Shown: positions 52,918-63,201 of the stretch, piece by piece | Layout of the letters: each line of letters starts with the position of its first letter | How positions within the stretch are numbered: the first letter of the stretch is position 1 | Source: Podarcis liolepis | Taxonomy: Eukaryota | Assembly: GCA_965112155.1 (NCBI GenBank) | Contig: OZ218107.1 | DNA: 64,000 nucleotides | Direction: 5' to 3' (one strand) | Position numbers and translations under genes: made by a program | Notes under the pieces: generated by a model | The model's input: the letters and a program-made list of their open reading frames with translations, nothing else | Databases searched by the model: none | What the model was told of the DNA's origin: nothing

Positions 52918-53655
52918 CAGTGGCGTAGCGTGGGTTGTCAGCACCCGGGGCAAGGCAAGTAATTTGCACCCCCTAACCCGTGGAGCGCCCCCCCAGATGT
53001 TGTGCCCGGTGTGGGGGCGCAAGCGAGGCCCGCCTCCCGCGAAACTTCCAAGAGGTCGCCCTACGAAGCCCCTCCGGAACGCAGCCTGGAGACTAGAGCA
53101 ACGAACGACGACCCCACCGGCCCAGGCAGGCGGCGGCTTCGACGGTGCTTTTCCCGCCCAGCGATGCCGACGCACCTTGAGGCTCCCCTGGGTGGCCACG
53201 TGGCCCTTGCCCGGCGTGCTCCGCCGGCGGCGGCGGGCTACCGCTGCCTCCCGCTCCTCCGCCGCCCGCCTCCGCCTCGTCGGCGTCGTCGTCCTCCTCC
53301 ACGTCGACTACCACGTCTTCCTCTTCGTCCTCCTCCTCCAGGGCGGCCGCCGAGCCCTCCCGCCAGGGCGGCCTCCACGAGTTGTCGAGCTTGGGCAACG
53401 GCTGCGCGGCTGACGGCGAGGCGCTAAGGCGCCGGCTCCCCAGGCTGGAGCGCTTGGCCAGGCGCCGCGCTTGCATGGCTGGCCGCGCGCAGCTCGCCTC
53501 AGCGCGGCGCGTGGGAAACAGAAGCAGTGGCGGAGACGACGACCCCCACCCCAACCAAGCCTCGATTGCTTGTCCCTTCCCTCTGGACTCGCGCCCCCCC
53601 AAATGTTGCGCCCGGTGCGGCCGGCACCCCTGGCACCCCCCACGCTACGCCACTG
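52918..53655. mobile_element. Non-autonomous hAT-type DNA transposon (738 bp) carrying captured host DNA (Pack-TIR-like)
   Basis: Perfect 17-bp TIRs CAGTGGCGTAGCGTGGG / CCCACGCTACGCCACTG. Perfect 8-bp TSD TGGTCAGG at 52910-52917 and 53656-53663. No transposase ORF. Confidence 0.93.
53176..53476 (-). pseudogene. ZNF704: Transposon-captured copy of a first coding exon resembling ZNF704 (long N-terminal isoform), with a probable +1 frameshift
   Basis: Kozak GCCAGCCATGC, then MQARRLAKRSSLGSRR...SWRPP...EEEDEEEDVVVDVEEDDD. After a 1-nt shift it reads AEER...PGKG...GSLK followed by the donor AAG|GTGCGT. This matches my recall of mouse Zfp704 (MQARRLAKRPSLGSRR...GSWRPP...EEEDEEVVVEVVDGDEDDEDAEER...PKGPARGAVK). 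Length is 301 nt = 100 codons + 1. Confidence 0.72.
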
Positions 53656-54791
53656 TGGTCAGGGGTCCCTTTACCTTTTAGTCCTGCCGTTGAGATGGGG
53701 GGGTGCAGCCAGCACCAGTGGGCTTTGTTTTAGGTAGAAAAAATATTTGGGGTAGAGCATGTGGATCACATTACATCTCTACTAGTTTTCTGTTCTCACC
53801 AAATTACACACTCTTAATAAATTGAACAAGACCACTGTGGGCTGCAGGAATTCCCTGTGATTGGAGCACTTAATCAAGAAACCAGTTTTATTAACATACG
53901 CAAGAACAAGCCGAGTTGCTGTGAAAGAAATATAAAAGCCTTCTTATTAATTTTTTTGCAGTAAAAATTGTGCTAGAATTTATAGCTCTCGTAGCTGCAG
54001 AAGATCCATGACTCGACTCAGTAATTCCTTAAGTCCGAAATCAATATTTCGCTCCTGTTTCTTTTCCAAGTGGGGCAGGGATTTGGACATTCATTCAGCA
54101 GAACTGAAGCTTGAAAGACAGTTGACTGTGTATTTATATATGAGGTTTATCTGGGAGCTAACTCTGGGGTCAGCTCTCCCTGTTGCCTTTATGAGTTGTT
54201 ATAACAAAAGTGAAGAAGTATCAGTACATTCACTGAAACCTATACCAACATAAAGTTAAGGGGAACTCAAGCAGCATCCCATATAGATATACCTTCCAAC
54301 ATCTTTCAACAGAAAATTGAGATGTAGTTCAGCTGGCTTGCTGGCTGGCTCACACGGGAACATGGTGCCAAAATACGCGTGAGTCAGCTGGTTGCCTCTC
54401 CAGTCGCAGCCCCTACCTAGTAGCTGTTCAGAAAACCTTAAACCCCATTAACTGAAAAAATCGGTTGGTGGGGGTGCACAGTGGGGGTGCCACTCATGTG
54501 ACAGAATTTGGGGCAGTGTCCTGGCATACGGTTATTTCCTATTCATTTCAAATGTAGCTCAACATGGCAGTATATTGATCAAAAAGCCACAGTTCCATAT
54601 CACATCGGATGCTGCAGTGTAAAACAGATATTAGAAATTGAAACAGAAGCACTAGCATTATGAGAGGTAAAACTAAGATAGTAAACCTTCTGTCTGAACG
54701 CAGCCATAGAAATATACATGCAGCCTGGCTTCTTACTAATGAAATGCATTTTAAGTTTACAGGCCCTGTTTAATCCAGACAGCTACTACTT

Positions 54792-55050
54792 GGGAGCCAG
54801 TGTGGTGTAGTGGTTAAGAGCGGTAGTCTTGAAATCTGGGGAACTGGGTTCGCGTCTCTGCGCCTCCACATGCAGCTGCTGGGTGACCTTGGGCCAGTCA
54901 CACTTCTTTGAAGTCTCTCAGCCCCACTCACCTCACAGAGTGTTTGTTGTGAGGGAGGAAGGGAAAAGAGAATGTTAGTCACTTTGAGACTCCTTTGGGT
55001 AGTGATAAAGTGGGATATCAAATCCAAACTCCTCCTCCTCTTCTTCTTCT
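54792..55050 (+). mobile_element. tRNA-derived SINE (Squam2-like), full length
   Basis: Near-identical to 12530-12774, with a (CCT)n(CTT)n tail. Confidence 0.85.
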
Positions 55051-56340
55051 ACTAATGCCCCATCTGAATGTTTTGTGCGGCTGCTTGCATTCTTAAAGCT
55101 TCAGGCCCCTGAGCCTTATTTCAACTTGGCTGTTCTTCAGCCGTAGAAGTATATGCACAAAGGAGGTCTCAAATGCCTATTTTTTTTTGTTTGTATCACA
55201 TGTTCCATCCCCTAAATGGTGCAGGAACAAGCAGAATTATTTTGATGTTAAGTGTAGAAGTACACGTTTCACAAGATCTGTCAGCCTTCTCCAACCTGAT
55301 GCCCTCCACCTGATGGGAGTTGTAATCTAAAAACCTCTGGAAGGTACCAGGTTTTAAGCTAGGCAGCCATGCCACAGAGCATGTCTTATTCCCTGTACTG
55401 ATTAAAGTGAGGAGCTTGGCCCCATCAGGGTCTGCAGGCCAATGTCCAGATTCTAACATCTTTGTGCTTGATTTTTAGCAGGAATGCTGAGTCAAAACTT
55501 AATTTGCTCCTTCTGTTCCAGCCGTAGCTGATATTTCTGACTGAGGTACAAAGGGCATGATCTCCTGATCTCCCTCTGAAACAAAGGAATTTCAAAGAAA
55601 CATTAAGGGCAGCTGCACATATCCCAGACGAGGCTTTGGGGAGTATGCTTTCTTTTTGTCCTCCTCAGCTTCTGATGGAATCAGGTCTGCTGGGTTTCTC
55701 TGCTGCTTTAGCATTAGAATGAATGGGTTTTAAAGGATCTTTGATGCCTCAGCAGTACCTTCTGTTCTCAGCTTCCCAGGACATATTTGAAATTCTGTTG
55801 AAAATCTAGGAAACCATTTGTGTGGTAAAGTACCTCATAACCAGTTTTAACTTTTTTAAACAGTACTTTTAGGTTAAATGACTAATGAGATCCATTCAGA
55901 TTGATCCTGCGTGGGTTCATGCCCTAGCCTAGGGAGTGAGAAGTGAGTGACAGAAGAGACATCCCTGTGGTATAAAGGGGGCAGAATTGCCGTCTGTTTG
56001 TAGTTCTGCTTTCTGCTGTGTGAAAATGCCTTGATTATTGGACATAGCTTCAGTTGTCTTTTTTAAAAAAAATTCCTATATGAAAATTTTAATTTCCTAT
56101 ATGAAAATGGCCTGATTCTCATCTCTCAGTCTAACTTTACCAGATGCCATGATACCCTTCTTGGAAGTTTAAATTCATCAAAATTAGAATATAGACGTGT
56201 ATTTTGAGATAAAATATGCATTTAACTACTATTTTAAGAGGATTGTTTTGAAATGAAAGATGATGTGGAAAACGAATGTGGAATTGATAAAGATAAGGAA
56301 TAGATTAATTCATTCCTATCCTCAGCAGCAGCCGCAGCAA

Positions 56341-56997
56341 TTTTATTATTTGTACCCCGCCTATCTGACTGGGTTATATCAGCCACCCTGAGCGGCTTCC
56401 AGCAAAATATAAAAACACCATAAAACATTAAAAACTTTCCTATACAGGGCTGCCTTCAGATGTCTTCTAAAAGTCATATAGTTATTTATCTGTTTGATAT
56501 CTGATGAGGAACATTCTACAAGGTGGGCACCGCTACTGAGAAGGCCCTCAGCCTGGTTCCTTGTAACTTTACTTCTAGAGCTAGATCTCAGTGTCTGGAC
56601 TGAATGATGGGAGTAGGCATGCTTCTTCAGGTATATACAGCTGAAGCTGTTTAGGACTGTAAAGTTCAGCACCAACACTTCAAATACTGGAATCAGATCT
56701 TTTAGAATCAGTGTTATATGGTTCCAGCAGCCACTCCCAGAAACCATTCTAGCTGCCACATTCTGGATTTGTTGTAGTTTCCAAGTCACCCTCAAAGGTA
56801 GCCCCATGTAGAGCGCACTGTAGTAGTCCAAGCGGGAAATAACCAGGGCATGCTCCATTTTGGCAAAACTAGGCAAGTAGGGTCTCAACTGGTGTGCCAG
56901 ATGGAGCTGGTAGACAGCTGCCCTGGACACTGTGCCTCCATGGACAGCTGTGAGTCCAAAATGGCTCCCAAGCTGTGCACCTGGTCCTTTAGGGCAG
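56341..56997 (-). mobile_element. L2-clade LINE 3' fragment
   Basis: Translation YQLHLAHQLRPYL...HALVISRLDY.SALYMGLPL....KLQQIQNVAARMV...FRRHLKAALY. The 3' UTR matches the 23441 copy. Confidence 0.9.
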
Positions 56998-57224
56998 TTT
57001 GTATAAACTGGCAAAGGTGTGCCAAGATATAGTTTTAGAACATGGCCCGTAATACCATGCAAACTAGTGCCTTTGAATGTGTGCAAAATAACCCCCCTAA
57101 TCAAGCAGCTTCAACCTGTCTCTGAAGAGGTTGGATTAAAGTAACACTTTCAATTTCAAGACAGACTTGAGCTCTGGCACCTAATATTGCACAAACTTAG
57201 CCTTGGATTGTTTATCTAATTCAA

Positions 57225-57345
57225 CCTTTACTAACCTGGTACGCTCTAGATGTAGTGGACTAAAGTTGCCATCAGCTTCAGTCAACCTAGTTGTGCTGGC
57301 TGTATCTGATGGGAGCTGTAGTCCAGAACAGCTGGAGGGCTGTTG
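57225..57345. mobile_element. Palindromic MITE (family of 8-147), degenerate
   Basis: TCTAGATG..TGGACTA...CCATCAG / CTGATGG..TAGTCCA...CTGGA inverted arms. Confidence 0.5.
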
Positions 57346-58514
57346 ATGAAGGCTGATGTTATTTTTCTGGCTATTTCCTGATTTGTTGGACATTCAGTAT
57401 AAAACACACACAGGTCAATTAGATATATCAGCACTGTGTGAAGCCTTTCGTGTTCCTCACTATCCTCCTTTGATGACGTGGAAAACTCAATAACCTTTAT
57501 TAAGTAATCTGAAGGTGTACATTAAACCACTAGTTCTACAAGGTACAAAACTTTCATTTTTATCTGTTGCAAATATTATACCTGGACTACTTCATTATAT
57601 CCACTGTGCTTAGATGCTAGATTAATTCACACAAATTATATTACATGCACTAAATTGTTAAGCTTAAATAGATTGGGGTTTTTTTCTCCTTTTTTGAATA
57701 TCTTAGATTTCCTCTCTGAATATTCCAAATTGCTTTTTAATGGATTTCTTCCTATATGTGCTTTTGTATTGAGAAATTGGCAGGGCACATTGCATGAAAT
57801 TAAATTTGACTCAGAGTTTGATGGTATGGAAGAAATTGGTGCGGAAATGAAGACAACATTTTGAAAGTCTAATATGCAGCCAGCTGGCTGTACTAAAAAT
57901 GTTGTATTTTCTAGAGAGCTCTTAATGCTTTCACACCAAAACAGAAAGAGGACAAGAGACCACATAAATAAGGCAGCTAAGAAAAATATGTCATTTTTCT
58001 AAGTATCCAGTGGCAAAAATTGGGCATGGGAATTAATTTGCTGATAGGAATGCTAGTTCCTTTGAAATGTAACAAGGGTGTTTTAGCAGGTTAATGATTA
58101 ATCAAATCATTTATACTGAACATGATGTTTCCCCAACATTTTTTTCTTAATTTATGTTCAATGTTGTAATGACAACCACGCAAATTGTCATTAATGTCAT
58201 AATCTGTTTCTTATTTCAAGGGTTTTGAACTTATGTTTCTGAAGACTGTGTAGTACTATGTCCATAGCACTTGATTTTTGTACACTCTGTCACTGAAAAT
58301 TATTGTGAGAAGTCAGAGCAGGGTGATAAGCGGCTGCTGCTATATCCACTACAAATTAGTTAAGAATATATTCAGAATATAGATCTGATGGCTGCACCTC
58401 TGCTTTGCCTCTGCCTCTGCCGTTCAGGCAGCAGCTTTTGGGCTGCATTGAGGGCCAAATTTGGCAGGTGGGTAGGAAGGGGTTTCAGGAGGCACAAAGC
58501 TCTGCTGTAACAGA

Positions 58515-59252
58515 AAGGGAGGAGGAATGAAAGAACCTTTAAATGAGGGTGAAAGAGGAGAGCACAAAATATGGTCTGAAGCTCAATATCAAAAAAATGA
58601 AGATCATGGCAACTGGTCCCATCACCTCCTGGCAAATAGAAGGGGAGGAAATGGAGGCAGTGAGAGATTTTCTTGGGCTCCATGATCACTGCAGATAGTG
58701 ACAGCAGCCACAAAATTAAAAGATGCCTGCTTCTTGGGAGAAAAGCAATGACAAACCTAGACAGCATCCTAAAAAGCAGAGACATCACCTTACCGACAAA
58801 GGTCCGTATAGTTAAAGCTATGGTTTTCCCAGTAGTGATGTATGGAAGTGAGAGCTGGACCATAAAGAAAGCTGATCGCCGAAGAATGGATGCTTTTGAA
58901 TTATGGTGCTGGAGGAGACTCTTGAGAGTCCCATGGACTGCAAGAAGATCAAACCTATCCATTCTGAAGGAAATCAGCCCTGAGTGCTCACTGGAAGGAC
59001 AGATCCTGAAGCTGAGGCTCCAATACTTTGGCCACCTCATGAGAAGAAAAGACTCCCTGGAAAAGACCCTGATGTTGGGAAAGATGGAGGGCACAAGGAG
59101 AAGGGGACAACAGAGGATGATATGGCTGGACAATGTTCGCGAAGCTAACAGCATGAGTTTGGCCAAACTGTGGGAGGCAGTGGAAGACAGGAGTGCCTGG
59201 CGTGCTCTGGTCCATGGGGTTACGAAGAGTCGGACACGACTAAACAACAAAC
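58515..59252 (+). mobile_element. Bov-B (RTE) LINE 3' fragment, the longest in the window (RT C-terminal region)
   Basis: Open frame GSMITADSDSSHKIKRCLLLGRKAMTNLDSILKSRDITLPTKVRIVKAMVFPVVMYGSESWTIKKA...HGVTKSRTRL, characteristic of Bov-B, with a CAA-type tail. Confidence 0.95.
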
Positions 59253-60979
59253 AAAGAGAAGAGGGGGTCTCTCTTCTGTAGCCCAAAAATGTGAGATTCT
59301 TTGCCCTTGTAGATGCTTTGGGAAGAGGGTTTCCTCAATTTTAGGAAAAGGATAGTAGGAGCCTGACCACTTCATGACAATACTTTAAATAGTTGAAAAT
59401 GCAGAAGGAGAGAAAGGTGCAGGGAAGAGTTACTGTAACTACAAAAGGGAGCAGTTTTCACCAGCAGGCTACAATGAAAATTCTCCCTGTATGACTTCGA
59501 GATTGTAATCTGTAGTGGCAGCAGATCCCAGTCTTCTCAGGCCTGCGTATCGCTCTGCCCTGCCACTTTTAGAAGTGTTGAAAGCTGGATAGTAGCAAGG
59601 GAAAATGTTAAGGAAGATGTATTCAGGAACTGAGCTAAAATGCAGAACAGTTCTTTTCAGAACAGTTTAAAACATGTGATTACAAAGGGGCACAGCCAAA
59701 TAATGCTAATATATTTTGAGACCACAATGCATTGGGAATAGCATTCACCTCAAGTGCTCGCTAAACATTTTATTCATAGCAGGTTGTGTAACGTTCTAAT
59801 GGCAATCAGTGAAAAACTAAGCATTTCTTAAGCCAACCACGTTGTAGTTGCATCATGAAGGACTGTTTGTGGTCATTTCTAAAACAAATGATATATATAT
59901 ATATATATGCACAATATTTGTATGTGCAGTTAAAGAAAGGAACCGGGGGGAACGGCTGTGGGAGAAGCGATTAGGTACACATGAAATGCTTCCCTTAATT
60001 TAAATATTGGAAATGGCTTAGAGAAATCAACCCAGATGGATCCTACTACAGTAACAAGACTTATTTTCTGTAGCCTTTGGAAAGGATTTTGGGCTCTGAA
60101 TACATAGCAGCTGCCAAAGCCTCAATTTGTCCATGCCTGGAAGAGTTGAATCTCTGCTTCCACAGCCCCTTTCCTGCCTTCAGCAACAATGACTGCCTGC
60201 AATTGTCATACCTGACCTATTTTCCAGTAATTTCCCCAAAGGTAACAAACATCTTGCCCAACATCTTTGCCTATGGAAGGAACAACTACACAGATCAGAC
60301 CTCTTTTTTAAGGACAAGTATGTATAGGCCAGTGCACATGTGCACACACCAATTATATTGGGTCAGAGAATTCAAAATTCTTAATAGCATTCTTTTTCTC
60401 TGCATGTTTAGAATGATTTATTTTTAAATCATACCATGATATTGAGTGATTCTATTAACACATGAACTAAAATACTTTAAATAGTCATCTTTCTTGAAAG
60501 AGTAGAACGTTATGCTTATCATCAATTTATTTCCTTTTAAAATTTATATTTCCATCCAATTTTCAGAAAAAATCAATGTGACTTTCAACCCCAAACACAA
60601 CAACAGTAACAAAATATATTGTTACAGGCCACCCTAATCTCCAAGTGGTGAAAGATTTCAGGGGTCTTGGCGCTTAACCAGGATTTGTGTTTTCTCTGGA
60701 AGTGAGGCACAGTGGAGACTGGTGTCTTCATGATATATGGTTTTATTTACACATATATGCAACCTTGAGTCTACAGTGGAGGAATTTCCAGCACTCTCAT
60801 CTTAAGAGGGACTAGTTTCCTACAGAAGCACAGCATTGGATTCAAAGGTTGCCAAACAGCAAACTCTGTGTCTCTTTTCCAGTTTATCCCAGCTAGCCCA
60901 CCAAAACTTCTGCCAGGTCCACTTCTCCCCAGTTTTTCAAACCTCTTGCAAGATGCCACAATATTCCTTCAGCCTATAT

Positions 60980-61306
60980 CAGGGACAGCCAACTTGGAAG
61001 AGACTGCAATCTACGCACACAATTATAAAATAGAGATCTACCCATTTGGGGAACGTCCCATTCATAGGGGGGGTTCAGGTACTCTTTCAGGGAATCAGGG
61101 CGAAGTAATAAATAAAAAAGTCGCTCGCCAAGCGATCACTAATGAAACAGTCAGCCTCGCAACGAGAGCTCCGTATTCTGCTATAGCAATCTAGAGGGAG
61201 GGGCAAGGGGTTGGGGTCAGGTGGAGGAGCCAGCGATTGACCGTGATCTACCAAAACCTCCCAGGGATCGACCAGTAGATCACGATTGACCTGTTGGACA
61301 CCCCTG
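60980..61306. mobile_element. Non-autonomous hAT element (327 bp)
   Basis: Imperfect TIRs CAGGGACAGCCAAC / GTTGGACACCCCTG. Perfect 8-bp TSD GCCTATAT at 60972-60979 and 61307-61314. Confidence 0.85.
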
Positions 61307-61336
61307 GCCTATATCACCAAAGCTGAAAGCTTAAAC

Positions 61337-61543
61337 CAGTGGTGTCCAAACTTTTTTAAAAGAGGGCCAGATTTGATGAAGTGAAGGCCAGTGGGGGCCA
61401 ACCAAAGTTGTTGAGCTTTTTTTTAGGATTGAAGTTGTTGAGGGTTTTTTTATTTTACCTTGGGAAATAAACTGCCACAGGGGCCAGATTGAACTGACCG
61501 GCGGCCCAGATTAGGCCCCCAAAATGGACTTTGGACATGCCTG
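61337..61543. mobile_element. Non-autonomous hAT (Charlie-like) MITE (207 bp)
   Basis: TIRs CAGTGGTGTCCAAA / TTTGGACATGCCTG. 8-bp TSD GCTTAAAC / GCTTAAGC (one mismatch). Confidence 0.8.
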
Positions 61544-63201
61544 GCTTAAGCACTTTCTTTCCCTGCCCACACACAGCTGGAGGAGGAGCCCTTCCCCTCC
61601 TTGCCTGGCAGCCTTGGCCCCCCCCATCATTTCCTTGATAGCCTATCACTGGCCTTTGTCCCCTGCTAATGGCTCATCTTAGTGGTTATGCCAAGTTGGC
61701 CTGGGTTGTTAGCATAGCTAACAGTTTTCAACTTTTGGCACAATTTAATAAAACTTTGATTAATTCTAACTTTTCCTAAATCCAAGAGTTATGGGGTTTG
61801 CCCCACCACCCACAATATCATGATCTCCCTTCAGATCATGAAAGCCAAAATCCAAAACAGCTATCAGAACACCTCCCTTGGCAAGGCATTCCACACATGG
61901 AAGCCACGAAATAAAATGTCCCAGGCCTCTTCACCACCAGATGTGATTCATGGAGTTGAGGGATCTAGAACAAAACATCATCTGAGGATTGCAACATGCA
62001 GGGAAGAACATACAGAAGAATGCATTCAAATAACATATTACAAACAGCAGTTTGAAAACAGCAACAGCCCAGAAACGCTGAAAGCCCAACACTAATTGCT
62101 GTTAATCGTCATCTGCATCCCACAGTCAATTAGCTCAGGGTTACTATAGGCGCTGACAGAAGAAATGAACCTTTCACCATAATGTTCTAATAGTGCAGCT
62201 GTAATTTTGCAGTTGTTTGGATATCCTTGATGGTTAACTCAGCCTTTCTATTTATGAAATTTTGAAGTAGATTCCTGTCCTAGTGAAGTACTTCTGAAAG
62301 CAAAGGGATTTGTTAATTGGCTGGCAATAATTGCTTGGAGAAGGAAAGTAGTATTTGAAGAGTTTGAAAGAGTACTTAGAGTAGCTAGATGGACTGGTTT
62401 GGTTTGGTTACTAGTTAAGAACTGAGAATGTGGTTTGAGTTGTAATTTGGAGCCAAGATTTTCAAGGATCAAGAGAGAAATTGTTCAGTAAATGTACACC
62501 ATTGCTATTGAAATTTAATAGTTTACTTTCAAAGTGTTGGACTAATGGGAATGAAGTGCCAAACACTTCCACATCTGAAAGCTACCACCATGGAAAACTA
62601 AAAAGGTTTATTTGTAGTTCTGTAGGGAAAAGAAGCAATCCAGAGCAAACTAATAGGATAAATGTGGGGGGCCTCCCAGCTAATGGGGTGGTGCTTGAAA
62701 ACAACTTTGGCAAAATACCAGCATTTGATTTTCATTTTAACCTGAAAAAGGATCTTCTGAAAACATAGTAAAGTAGTACACACAAATGCACATAATAGTA
62801 TTCAGTTCTGAGAGCAAAGTTCTTAATGTGCTGAACTCAAAGGATTGGGATTATGTAGTTTCTTATCTAAGAAAAGTAAATGAACTTCTTGATCAATACA
62901 TATATAATTAACTCAGAGATGGTGCTAGACTGGAAAATTATCTACGTCGCACCTAGGCATAAGGCAGCAATTGAAAATAACTTGGGTAACTATAATCCTG
63001 TTGGTTTAATGCAATTGTATGTTATTGAAATCTGATCATTAAAGCTATAAAAGTCGAATCTAATGTAGTCGATGAGTTCAGCAAAAGTAGTTCAGCCCAA
63101 TATAATGTAATTGTTTGAGATCATGACCAGGAGTCAACAAAACACCATGTTCTTTCTGTGATTGTGGTTTTTGTTATTGTTATGGGGGGGGAGCCTATAT
63201 A

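Larger units (their letters stand above)
52582..53678 (+). mobile_element. Young full-length Sauria (POM/Squam1) SINE, split by a hAT insertion at 52918-53655
   Basis: Intact head GGGACGCGGGTGGCGCTGTGGGTTAAACC with CpGs preserved. The tail TGGTCAGGGGTCCCTTTACCTTT resumes at 53656. 13-bp TSD TAGTCCTGCCGTT at 52568-52580 and 53679-53691. Confidence 0.95.

Noticed and set aside
53012-53590. Processed (retro) pseudogene
   Set aside because: There is no poly(A) and no exon-exon junction. A splice donor and following intron-like sequence are retained.
52918-53655. The authentic ZNF704 locus or a native CpG-island promoter
   Set aside because: The GC-rich block is bounded by TIRs and an 8-bp TSD, sits inside a SINE and appears frameshifted, so it is a transposed copy.
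58372-59286. 304-aa minus-strand ORF, the longest in the window
   Set aside because: It is the antisense frame of the Bov-B fragment. The same antisense peptide recurs at the other Bov-B copies.
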